A stretch of DNA of 64,000 bases. Source: the human T2T-CHM13v2.0 reference genome, Homo sapiens. Numbering within the stretch: position 1 is the stretch's first letter; the number at the start of each line of letters is the position of its first letter. The stretch lies in the NCBI RefSeq assembly GCF_009914755.1, contig NC_060926.1. One strand, given 5' to 3'. A model generated the notes under the pieces. It was given only the letters and a program-made list of their open reading frames with translations, made no database searches and was not told the DNA's origin. Below, piece by piece: positions 1-11,797 of this stretch. The position numbers and the translations under genes were made by a program.

Positions 1-1964
1 CCAAGGCGGCAGTGCCAGCGTTGGTGGGGGTCCCCAGTGCCAGGCCAGGGTGGCACTGTTCTCCCTGTGCCTCTCTGCTTGTCCCCACTGCCTGCTTCTG
101 CAGAGGCCTGCTCAGAGCAGGTTTCCAGCAACCTTCCTCGCCAGCATCCTGCTAAGCAGGCCCTGGAGGGCGGTTTCCCTGCTTCCCCACACCGGGCCAG
201 AGCTGCCTTGATATTTATTTCAGGGCATCCCTGCAGAGGGAACTGCTAATGCAGTCATGGCTTTAAGACGTCACAAGCCACAGCTGCAGGTGCTTCATCT
301 TAAACATCTGCCTTCCTGGCTGGGAGAAGCCCGGGAGCACCTGCTGCAGGTGTCTTTGCACCTCGGTCCTGCTGGTCCCAGGCCCAGCTGCGGCCAATTA
401 GCACCTCTGTTGGGCACCATGGCCATTTCCTTGCTGCATGGGAGCCGCTGGCCTTTTTCCACTGTGTTGGGGGAAAGTTGTTGGGAAATGAGGAAGCAGT
501 TGGGGATTTAAAAACTCTATGCAGGAAATAGGCTGTTGGGTTAACATTTAAGCCACTGAACAGTCATGGAGTGTTTGCTTGGAAGTGAGGCCCACGAGGC
601 TGCAGAGGGCCATGAGATTCAAGGATGGTGTTCGTCAGGCCTGTCCGTCATCCTCTCTGGGTTCGACACCATCTCAGGGTACTCATGCCTGTTAGGTGCT
701 TGGTGAACAAAGGCATCCCAGACAGAATCAACCCAGAAGGAAGAGGGGTGGGTGGTAAACGTTCGTTAACTTAGCCATGTTCTCTTAGGGTTTCTTCTCA
801 AAATAAGGGCAGATGGGAGATCTCCCTGCCTCAAGGGGTCCCTGGCCAAGGGGCTACAGGCAGATATTGCCCAGTCAGCCCCAGTGAGGTGACAGAAGGC
901 GGGAGGTGGCTTCAGTGTGTTTGAAGGAGGCTGGCATCACAGGTTCTAAAGCAGATGGCAGGAGCCCTGTGGCTGGGCCTGCTTCAGAACCTTGGCTGGC
1001 TGCTCCTTGGAGGTGAGGTGGGGGCAGGCAGTGTTGGCTGGAGACTTGTGGGGGGAATTGGCCGCCTGGGGTGCGTGCTGGCCTGCCTGCCTTCCGCTTC
1101 CGTGCCATGAGCCCCTTGTTCTCAGCTGTGAAGGTAGGTGAGGCTGCCCTGCACCAGCCAGCAGACTGGGTTAAGGTGGGAATCAAAGGAGAGGAGGTGT
1201 TCAGCTGGCTGGAGACCTGCTGAGCCCCTTGCATGAGGAGGGATTTCTGTCCAGCGCCCCTGGTCCTCAAGCTCCTCCTCAGCAGCGTTCATGAGCACAG
1301 GGTGTGGGTGTGACTGGTCCCTTTGGGCAGAATCTGAGAGTGCCCCCTTCTCCCTCCCTGTGCATTTGAAAGTTGGCTGGTGCTCGCTGACAGATGCCGA
1401 GGCTCCCGTTTGGCAGCTGGCCATGGCAGCCGCTTGTCCTCCACTCTCCCTAGATTTGGCTGAGCTGGGCCCCTGCTGTGCCCCACATGCCCCGGCTCTT
1501 TGTCTCGGTTGTCCCTTTGGCTCAGCTCTGGGTGTCGGCTCCTCGGAAGCCCTTCGTCACCCAACCAGAGTGAACTCCTTCTCCCAGGTGGCCAGAGCAT
1601 GTTGAGGTGACCCTGACTTTCTTCTGTGGGTCCTACATTTTAGCGGGGAGTACAAGTGCCTCTTCACTGCAGCATCTCCTAAGGAAGTGAGCCTGTGGGG
1701 AGGTCTCTGATGCTACTGGGAATCCAGCTTCACCTTCCCCCAACTCCTGGGATTTGCAGCCACAGCTAAGAGTGGGAGAACTTTGCCTTGTTTGCATTGC
1801 TCCAGATCGTGTTAAACAGAATTTCAAAACATGCATTTTGTAGGTAGTAGTTCTGTCATCCAGAATGTGTAAAGTAACTCTCTAGGTAGCTGTTATGGAT
1901 GGCCTGCAGGAAGGATCATACCAGTGACTTCTTTTGAGCCCCCTGCCGAGTGGCTAGCGTCAGG

Positions 1965-2115
1965 TGGGGGATTAGACTCTGGTTCTTTGCTTCCTGGCCC
2001 TGTGAGCCCCAGGCAAGTCAGTTAACTTCTTGGAGCCTCAGTTTCCTGACATGCAAATCATACTGACCTGGTAAGGCTATTGTCAGGATTATATGAGCTA
2101 TTATATCCTAAAGTA
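1965..2115 (+). mobile_element. MIR SINE fragment
   Basis: Core 'caggcaagtcagttaacttcttggagcctcagtttcct' resembles MIR core GGCAAGTTACTTAACCTCTCTGTGCCTCAGTTTCCTC. Confidence 0.75.
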
Positions 2116-2714
2116 TATTATATCATACTTTATAGAGAGTAGTATATATTCAAGTAACTGCATTTGTGTTAGTTCCTTTATTTTGTTAACATGGGGATCA
2201 ATGGCTTTTTTTTTCTGATTTGGTATTTATTTTAAGACTAGGTTGGGAACCAATTTTTCATAGTCATCTGTGGGTATAAGTACTCTTACCTTCAGCCAGG
2301 ACTTAATTTTGGCCAAGAGCCTTGGCTTATTCCAGCAGAGAGTGGAGTTATTTAGAGCCAAACTGTAGGGGACTGAATTCTCTGTGTAGCACTTTCTGCA
2401 GACAGTGGTAACATTAATGACTTACTGCATATACATTCATAAGTGGGTGATTTATGGTTAGCCCCGGATCCATAACTTTCATTTCCTGACTGATATATCA
2501 GAAGCTTCATGTATAAAGGCGCATTAGATTTAGTAAGTGTAAAAGACTTAAGTTGAGGTCATTTCTGTCCACAAGCTGTTCATGGTGTAGCTGTTCATGT
2601 AGCTCAGCTGTGGGAATGGCCTGGCCCTATGTGATGCGGAAAGACAGCCAAGGGGGACAGTGACACATGCCTGTGGCACTTGGTTCTGTGTGTGGTCTCC
2701 TTTGTATCCCCAGG

Positions 2715-2860
2715 AACTCTCTGCAATAGGCAGGTGATGGCCAGGATCTCATTTTACAGAGGAGGACACTGAGGCCCAGAGAGGTTAAGTGACTTGTCTG
2801 AGGGTTAACAGCTCCTGGGTGGCAGGATTTACATTGGCGCTCAGATGCATCTGAACCCCA
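2715..2860 (-). mobile_element. MIR SINE fragment
   Basis: 'cattttacagaggaggacactgaggcccagagaggttaagtgacttgtc' is the reverse MIR core. Confidence 0.8.
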
Positions 2861-2912
2861 ACCTGGAGTGGTGCCAGCACAGAGCAGGTGTTCAGTAATG
2901 TTTGCTGACCTA

Positions 2913-3364
2913 TGTGATGGTTAATATCATGTGTCAGCCTGACTGAGCCAAGGGATGCCCAGGTAGCTGGTAAAGCATAATTTCAAGTTGTGTCTGGGAG
3001 GGAGTTTCTGGAAGAGACTGGCACACTGAGTAAGGATCTGCCCTCACCAGTGTGGGTGGATATCATCCAATCATTGAGAACCCAGCTAGAACAAAAATGT
3101 AGAGAAAGAGTGAATGTGCTCTCTCTGCTTGAGCTGGGACACCCACCTTCTGCTGCTCTTGGACATGGAGCTCCCGGTTCTCAGGCCTCTGGGCTTGAGC
3201 TGGAGTGACTCCACCGGCTCTCCTGAGTCTCCAGCTTGCAGACAGTAGGTCTTGCGACTCTTCAGCCTCCATAATAACATGAACCAATTCCTCATAATAC
3301 ATTTCTGTCTGTTTATTTCTATATATTTATTGGCTCTGTTTCTCTGAAGAACCCTGACTAATAC
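2913..3364 (+). mobile_element. MLT2 (ERVL) solo LTR, MLT2B/D-like
   Basis: Starts TGTGATGGTTAAT...GTGTCAGCCTGACTG, ends CTGTTTCTCTGAAGAACCCTGACTAATAC; both are typical MLT2 termini. Confidence 0.85.
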
Positions 3365-3544
3365 TTCCCCATCTGAACTTTCTCTGCCCCTTTTGTTCGA
3401 CATGTGGGGGGTTGCTGGGGAAGCTAATTAGAATACAGGTTCCTGCTGACACCCCACCCCCACTCCCTTCCTTCATCAGGATCACTAGTGGTGAGCCTTT
3501 AAATGCCTGTAAGCTGTCCGAGGGGTTCTTCCTAAATTAAATTA

Positions 3545-3690
3545 AATTTTTAATTTTAATTACTTAATTTTTTTGAGATGGGATCTTGCCGTGTTGCCCA
3601 GGCTAGTCTCCAACTCCTGGGTTCAAGTGTCCTCCTGCCTCGGCCTCCCAAAGTGCTAGGATTACAGATGTGAGCCGCCACTGTTGGTCT
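3545..3690 (-). mobile_element. Alu left monomer (FLAM-like)
   Basis: T-rich tail followed by reverse Alu left-arm sequence only. Confidence 0.85.
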
Positions 3691-3763
3691 CTAGGGGTTC
3701 TTATGCACCTAGAATTTAGAGACTCATTGCTCCAAGCTTCATTGAATCTTTCCTGAACAGTCT

Positions 3764-4228
3764 TGTGATAGGCGGGATAACTCCCACCCCTCAGATGCTC
3801 ACATCCGAATCCCTGGGACCTGCGGATATGTTGCCTTATACGGTAAAGGGCTTTGCTATGTGATGAAGATTGAGGACCTTGAGGTGGGGACAGTATCCTG
3901 GATTACCAGGGTGTAGTCACTGTATTCATGTAAGTCCATAAAAGTAAGGAGCCTGTCCCAGCTGCAGTGAGCCCGAGGGAGGTGTGACTCTGGAAGAAGA
4001 CGCAGAGATGAAACACTGCTGGCTCTGCTGACAGGAATGGCTTTGAGCCAGAGTGTGGTGGCCTACAGAGGCTGGAAAAGGCAAGGGAACAGATCCACCC
4101 TTAGGTCCCCCAGAGGAACCAGCCCTACTGACACAGTCTCCGTGGGACCTGTGTCCACAGACAGAACTGTATGAAAACACGATTGTGGTGTGTAAGCCAC
4201 TAGGTTGATTTGTTACAGCAGTGACACC
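3764..4228 (+). mobile_element. MLT1 (MaLR) LTR, MLT1D-like
   Basis: Starts TGTGATAGGC...atccctgggacctgcggatatgttgcctta; ends taagccactaggttgatttgttacagcag. Confidence 0.8.
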
Positions 4229-4447
4229 GGGCTTTGTCTCTGCTTTTGACTTTTCCTCCAGTGTGATCCCTTCCCCTGCTTCTGACCCGTGGATCCCAGC
4301 CCTGCCCAGGCCCAGATCCTGGGCTCCAGGTGGGCCTGGGTTGGGGCTCCCAGCTGCAGGAATGCAAAGTTCATGGTTCTACAAAGTGCTTTGAGGTGAC
4401 GTTGGTCACATCAGCTCGGCCTCAGATTTGCTGCTTTTTTTCTAAAG

Positions 4448-4515
4448 AAGAGACAGCTCCAGGCCCTGCCTGACTGACCTAGTTGGGGATGCAGGCCGAG
4501 GCCATATCGAGCAGG
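4448..4515 (+). other. Candidate non-coding cassette exon (68 nt)
   Basis: Acceptor tgctttttttctaaag| (NAGNAG alternative at 4451); strong donor AGG|GTAAGT at 4516. Confidence 0.35.
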
Positions 4516-4666
4516 GTAAGTTTCCAAGAATCTGGCTTTAGGATTAGTCGGGCCACACGGAAGGAGTTCCTGGTCTCGTGACACCTGCACAAATGGTCTT
4601 CAACCCTCAAAACACTTCCTGTTATTTAAATCTTAGTCCTTTGATTTTTTTTTTTTTTCCTTTTAG

Positions 4667-4771
4667 AGACTATGCACAATTTATGTGGCAAGCTAGAGAT
4701 GCTTTCTTTTTCAGAGCGGCCTTTATGCTGTGTTCGGGGCTGTCTGTCGGCGCCACAGGGAATGGGGGCTG
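4667..4771 (+). other. Candidate cassette exon (105 nt)
   Basis: Long poly-pyrimidine tract + ttttag| acceptor; donor CTG|GTGAGT at 4772; internal alternative acceptor near 4713. Confidence 0.4.
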
Positions 4772-4973
4772 GTGAGTCGTGCTCAGAAGGTCCCAGTCTA
4801 GATGCTTCTGACATGGACAAAAGGAGAATTCCTGACTTTTTGGTGGATGTTTGCAATTCCCAGAATGCTTATTCTTATTTAGTCCTCATAGGAGAGTGGC
4901 GAAGGGCAGCAGCTTTGGAGCAAGGGCCACTCTGCCCCTCCCCACCAAGCCCTGAGTCGTCTAACCTTCCCGG

Positions 4974-5350
4974 TGTATTAGTCAGCTCTGGCTGCTGGAA
5001 ACGGGGTCATAGTCTGGGTGCCTTAAACAACAGGAATTCTTTTTTTTTTACAGTATTGGAGGCTGATGTCTGAGACAGGGTGGCGGCAGGGTTGGTGTCA
5101 CCCGAGGCCTCTCTCCTCGGCTCCGTGTAGCCCTTTCTCCCTCTGTTCTCACACGGCCATCCCTCCGAGTGTGTCTGAGTCCCAGTCTCCTTGTGAGGAC
5201 ACCAGCCCTAGATCAGGAGCCACGCAGTGACCTCATTTTACCTTCATGACCTCTTCAAAGTCCCTGTGTCCAAATACAGTCACATCTGGAGGTAGTAAGG
5301 ATTGGGGCTTCCACATAGGGGTTTTGTGGGGGACACACTCAGTCCACGTT
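4974..5350 (-). mobile_element. MLT1 (MaLR) LTR, MLT1B-like
   Basis: tgtattagtcagctctggctgc...ttaaacaacaggaatt...ccaaatacagtcacatctggagg...ggggacacactcagtcca matches reverse MLT1. Confidence 0.8.
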
Positions 5351-6407
5351 AACTCACTTCCTGCCCACGGCAGGGGCTCTCTGTCAGTGTGTCTCCGACT
5401 GCGGACCCCGATCATCTTTGTGAGAATGCAGGTTCCCAGGCCCACACCGTGCTGGTTGAGTCAGAGCTTCTGGGTGCAGCCTGGGGGTGCAGCAAGCCCA
5501 CCCCTGCATTCGGAGAGCCTTAGCGGGAAGCCTGTTGCTTGTGCCTCCTTTGCAGCCCCGGCCTCTCCAGTTCTCTGTGTCTTGCCATCTTGGCTTCTTC
5601 CTCATCCCGCCTCTCGCTCCATCTCGTGGCCTCCCATCTGCTCTCCCGGCTGCAGGAGCGGTTTCTCTAAGCCTTGCAAGTGACCGCACCCTCTTACTGC
5701 ATGCGGGCCTTGCCAAGAGCCTGCAGAGGGCGGGGCGGGCTCTGGGGACAGCCTGGACTCTCCTGCCTGCCCCCAGGTGCCCCCGGCCCAGCCACAGAGT
5801 GCTGGCTGCCTGTTACTCAGCACGTCCGCCTCTCCTGCCTCCTGAGCCCACAGGCGCCCTTCCTGTCACCCGAGCGCCCTCTCCTTCCTCACCTCGCCAC
5901 CTACGCATCGTCACCCCTCCTCCTGCGTTTCCTCCTGTCTCCCCGGGGAGCTCGGAGTTCTGCAGGCACGGGGCTGGCTCCTTTCTTCATGTCCCTTGTC
6001 CCACAGGACACCGTTTCTGAACCCAGGAGACACTCAGGAAACCTTGCTGGTGGAACGGATGCAGCAGCGAGGTTTTCCGGGGCAGGAACACCCTCCCAGG
6101 GGCTTTTCCACGGCCAAGCGCTGGCTGGTGGTGGAGCTGCGCTGAAGTCAGTGTGTGCTTTGGGCCCAGCTGCACTGTGCCCGGGGTCCAGGGATGGGTG
6201 TGAGGCTGTCTGCCCCCCACTGCACGCCCGGCTGTCAGAGGCATCTGTCTCTTCCCCCGCATGCATCTTTCTCCCCGTCTGGCATGGTGTTTCTAGTCTT
6301 TTGTGGATGGGGACATAAACAAGCCGCCATCAACTGCTTGGTGACATTGGCCAATCCTGTGGTGGCCCCAGCTGGGCTTGCTGCCTGTGTGTGGTGAGGG
6401 TGCCCTT

Positions 6408-6670
6408 CTTGTCACCCGTTGTCATTTACGAGACAGCCCTGTGTCACCTGTTGATTCAGAGGGAGCTCTCCTCATCACCTGTTGTCATTTATGAGCCCCG
6501 TGTCACCTGTTGTTGCTTCACAGGGAGCACTCCTTGTCACCTATTGTCATTTATGAGCCCCGTGTCACCTGTTGTTGCTTCACAGGGAGCACTCCTTGTC
6601 ACCCATTGTCATTTATGAGCCCTGTGTCACTTGTTGCTTCAGAGGGAGCGCTCCTTGTCACCCGTTGTCA
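6408..6670. repeat. Minisatellite, ~62-bp unit, ~4.2 copies
   Basis: 'ttgtca(ttt)' anchor at 6419, 6482, 6544, 6606, 6665. Confidence 0.9.
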
Positions 6671-7129
6671 GGTGTACTCACTTTGCTTCTCCCTTCCTGC
6701 TTTTGGGGACGATCACAGGACAGTGGCTTCAGAGGGGAAGTACCTCGACCTGGCTGAGGTCATGCCCAGAGCCTGACTGCTCTCTCCACCCACCCATGAT
6801 CCCATCAGCTTCTTCCCCCTCCTTCTCCATCTGATCTGAGCATTTACCATTTCCTTCCATTTAAGCTTCATTTGAGTTGCATCATGATGTTCTCCTTTTT
6901 TCAAAGTTCCATCTGCCCACAGGTTTCCATTTTCTCTAGAACCCTCCTCCTTCCTCTCTAGCCCCTGGCCCGCCCCTCTGCGGTTCTCAGGAAGCCCCTC
7001 GGTGCCCCCTGCCCCTTATCTAGAACAGCTTCTGCCTAGGGTGGGCAAGGCAGGGTGGGAGGTGGGGGGTAGCCGTGCAGGGAAGGGGTGAAGCGGGCCC
7101 CTGTACTCCCTAGCTGGGCTGCAGGCTTG

Positions 7130-7522
7130 GAGGAAAATAAGAGTCAGACGCTTGTTAAAACAGTGAGGACAGCTTTATTCGAGGAAAATGCAGTCGGGGT
7201 TGACCTTATCAGCAGGGGAGAGATCAGCCCAACTCCTAATACAGCAAGGAAGGGACAGAGCTGGGAAGTGGAGTGGGCTGGGTGAGTGGAAAGTAGCTGC
7301 GAGAAGACATCACAGGTAGGGGGATTCTTGCCAAAGGCAGGGGGGGACTTTGATGTCAAAGGTGGGGATGAGGACTGATTGGATCTCAAGGGTGGTCAGA
7401 TGTGAAGGGCGTGAGAGGCTCACTAAACTGACTAAGCAGGATTCTTGCTGAGACTGGGCCAGGCAGGCTGAAGACAGGAGGCAGAAAGAGGGCTCAGAGG
7501 AGCCTGAGTGAAGTTTGATCTT
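7130..7522 (-). mobile_element. MER31-like ERV1 LTR
   Basis: Reverse strand reads ...CAGGCTCCTCTGAGCCCTC...CAGCAAGAATCCTGCTTAGTCAGTTTAG...CCCCACCTTTGA, as recalled for MER31. Confidence 0.7.
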
Positions 7523-8753
7523 GGGGTGAGGGGTGCAGGGGGGAGGGGCAGGGTGGGTCTTTGTTGGGGCTCTGTGGGAGATTTCAGGGCTCACTGGATG
7601 TGTGGGGCACAGTGGGCCCTGCCTGAGCCCCATGACGCCTGGACGCTGCCACCAGGGGCCTGACCTGCTGACGATCTCTGCACTGGGTCTTTAATCAGCC
7701 TCTTGGGCATTGTAAATGCTAGACAAAGATTCTTCTCTTTTTAAAGTTTACTAATTTCCCTACGATAAAACTAATGCATTTTCACAGGAGAGACTCGGGA
7801 AATTACCAAGGAGCGTGAATCAGGTGGTCACAGTGAATTGTGGATGTTTGTGTCTGTCTTGGGGAACTGGTGTAACGTTTCTCCATCTGACCCCTGCTGT
7901 CTGTTGGAGGTCAAGGAGCCAGCCTGGCCTCACAACTTCCTCCTTTCAGCAAAGTCAGGAGGCCATTCCCTCCAGGGATGGGTGGGCTGCAGCCTCTTGG
8001 CACCTCTCGGGATCCTGCTGGCAGATGTATCACCGTAGCCCAAGCCAGCCTAAGCCAGCCTCCTGTGGCCCAGCACCTTCTCTTCCCACGTGGGCAGCTG
8101 TGTTCCCAGGCAAACCTTCCTGGAATTGCTCTGTGCTCTCAGAGCTGGTGTGCTTTGGTGTTCAGCTGTGGCCATTTTGGCTTTGAGTTTGATTTGATTT
8201 TTGAAGAAAGTTTCTATTTCTTTACCCAAATATTCTATGTCTCTTCGGTAAGACTGGAAAACACAGAAAAACAGAGAAAAAAATTCCCCCATAACTACCC
8301 TGCCCACCTCCATATAACTTTTATTAGCATTCTGAGCTATACCCCTCCAGACTCATTTCTGCCTCTCCAGAAGTGTGCATAAAGTCTAGAAACATAGGTG
8401 AAGAGACCTAATGCCATCAAGAACATCAACCTGTAAAGGAATAAAATAATGTCATCTGTGTCCAGATTTTACAGATGCTTTGTAGATATGTGTAACAGAA
8501 ATGTGGGTATGTTTTAGCAAAAATAAGACCATATTTTTGTTTTATTTTGATTGATTGTACTATAAATTCCAGTAGAGCATTACAGAGCCAGCCCAAGCCC
8601 ATCTCTCCTCTTCTCTACTCTTTTCTTTCCCCAGTGACCAATAGCCACTCTGCGGAGGGAAGTAGGGATCATATTTGTGCGCGTTTTACGCTCTTGCTAC
8701 ACATGTGCGTAACCTTAAACAAAACATTAGTTTTTATGTGTTAGAAATACTCA

Positions 8754-9128
<375 letters not shown>

Positions 9129-9172
9129 TCACTTTGTAATTTGTTCTTGACTACTTTGTCAACAATTTTTAA

Positions 9173-9537
<365 letters not shown>

Positions 9538-9645
9538 CCCATTGTCTAAATAAGCCATCGTTTCTCTAGTCATATACAGTTAGGTCACTTCCATTTTTTC
9601 ATTAGTATAAAGAGTGCCATATGAATATTGATCCTCCTTGAGTGC

Positions 9646-10161
9646 TGTGGAAGGAAGCCTCTAAGATGCCGCCACTGGTCCCCACATCCTGGTCTTCACA
9701 CCCTTGTGTAATCCCTTCCCTCGGGTGTTGGCTGGACTTAACCGACTTGATTCTAACAAATAGAACACAGCAGGAGGAATGGGACATCACTTCTGACATC
9801 AGGTTATAAAAAGACTGCAGCTGCCAGCTTGGGTGTTCTCTGTTGCCCTCTTGGATTGCCAGCCCTGGAGGGAGCCAGATGCCATGTCTCAAGGCAGTCC
9901 TGTGGAGAGGCAGGCCTAGGTGACAAGGGACCAAGGCCTGCCAACAGCCATGTGAGTGAGCTTGGAAGCAGATCTCCATCCGCTCCCCACTCCCAGCTGA
10001 GCCTTCGGATGAGACTGCTGCCCTGAAAACAGCAAAGGGGAACCTCATGAGAGACCTTGAGCCAGATTCCCAGCCCAGAGAAATTGTGAGATAATGTTTG
10101 TTGTTTTCGGCTGCTGACTTTTGGAGGGTCATTTGTTACACGGTAACAGATAACCAATACG
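9646..10161 (+). mobile_element. MLT1F-like MaLR solo LTR
   Basis: Starts TGTGGAAGGAAGCCTCTAAGATG...ttcacacccttgtgtaatcc; ends gtcatttgttacacggtaacagataaccaatac. Confidence 0.82.
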
Positions 10162-10474
10162 AGCACACCCTGAGAATTCCTTAGAGGTCTAGAATATTTA
10201 GCAGTGGAATTGCCAGGTGCTATGGTATTCTCACGCTCAACAGTACTGTTTATTACTAAATTCATCTCCAAGGCATTTGTGGCAGTTTCACTCCCCTCTA
10301 CAAGGGTCAGTGAGCTCCTTTTCCTCATACCTCTCCGGCACTTGTGTTGTCAGACTTTAACATCTGAACACTCTGATGGGTGTAAAATAGTATCTCATGA
10401 TTATTTGAATTTGTACTTCCCTAAGTTCTAGTGAAGTTGGACATATTTTCGATACATTATTGTCCTTTCTGCTT

Positions 10475-10819
10475 TCCTCTGCTGTAAATTAATTGCATGT
10501 TCGTATCCTCTGCTGTAAATTAATTGCATGTTCATATCCTCTGCTGTAAATTAATTGCATGTTCGTATCCTCTGGTGTAAATTAATTGCATGTTCATATC
10601 CTCTGCTGTAAATTAATTGCATGTGCGTATCCTCTGCTGTAAATTAATTGCATGTGCGTATCTTCTGCTGTAAATTAATTGCATGTTCGTATCCTCTGGT
10701 GTAAATTAATTGCATGTTCGTATCCTCTGCTGTAAATTAATTGCATGTGCGTATCCTCTGCTGTAAATTAATTGCATGTGCGTATCCTCTGCTGTAAATT
10801 AATTGCATGTTCATATCCT
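10475..10819. repeat. Minisatellite, 31-bp unit TCCTCTGCTGTAAATTAATTGCATGTTCGTA, 11 copies
   Basis: Exact 31-bp periodicity from 10475 to 10815 with few variant positions. Confidence 0.97.
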
Positions 10820-11077
10820 TTGTCCAGTCTCCTTTTGGGTGGATTATCTTTTTCTTAGTGATTTGTAGATTTTCTTTTTTTCACTCTAGAGACTAATCCT
10901 TTGTCAGTTCATGCTATTTTATACTCTGCTTTTTTCAGTTAGCAGCGTATTGAGAATGTTCTTCTATGCCAATGTATACATCATTTTATTGACATTCCAT
11001 TGTGGAGATGGGTCATTTATTTATTTAGGTGGACGTGTAGGTTGTTTGCACTTTTGCATTAGTAGGAACATGACTGT

Positions 11078-11797
11078 GTGTCGGTTAGCTGGGCTATGCT
11101 CTGGTACTAATGACCCTCCAAATCTTAGTGGTTTGCAGCAATGAAGAATTCTTTGTCCCTCAAGTGACATGACCATCACCTGTTGGTTGTGGCTCTGCTC
11201 TATGACGTTGTCCCTCAGGGAGCCAGGCTTTCAGAGCAGCCCCATCTGAGACATTGCTGGTCTCATGGCAGAGGGAAAAAAGATGGTGGAACAACATAAT
11301 TCTATTTCTGTTTTTCCTCTTTAGAGACAGGATATTGCTGTGGCACCCAGGCTGCAGTGCTCTGGTGCTATCATAGCTCACTGCAGCCCCGGAATCATGG
11401 GCACAAGTGGTCCTCCTGCCTCAGCTTCCCAAGTAGCTGAGACTATAGGTATGCACCACCACACCTGGGTAATTTTTACTTTTTATATTTTTCGTAGAGA
11501 TGGGGGCCTTGTTATGTTGCCCAGGCTGGTCTTGAACTCCTGGCCTCAAGTGTTCTTCCCACCGCAGCCTCCCAAAGTGCTGGGATTACAGGTGTGAGCC
11601 ACTGGACCCGGCAGGAACAATATACCTCTTAAAGCTTCTGCTCAGACGTGGGAATGGCTATGTGGTGCGTGTCAGTTCCCCTCACATTGCATTGGCTGAA
11701 GCAAACCCTGGGGCCCAACCAGTGTTGGCGGGGTTAGAAGTAGACCCCTCCCATAGGGAGGCCAGGGAGGGAGGATTTTGAGCCAAGACCACTCACC
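11078..11797 (-). mobile_element. Old MLT1 (K/L-like) LTR interrupted by an Alu
   Basis: 'gctgggctatgct...ccaaatcttagtggtttgcagcaa...catggcagagggaaaa' resumes after the Alu with 'ctcttaaagcttctgctcaga'. Confidence 0.65.
11299..11612 (-). mobile_element. AluJ-like
   Basis: Reverse dimer; TSD ggaacaa(c/t)ata. Confidence 0.92.

Noticed and set aside
10475-10819. CRISPR- or iteron-like 31-bp array
   Set aside because: No spacers; embedded in and derived from L1 sequence
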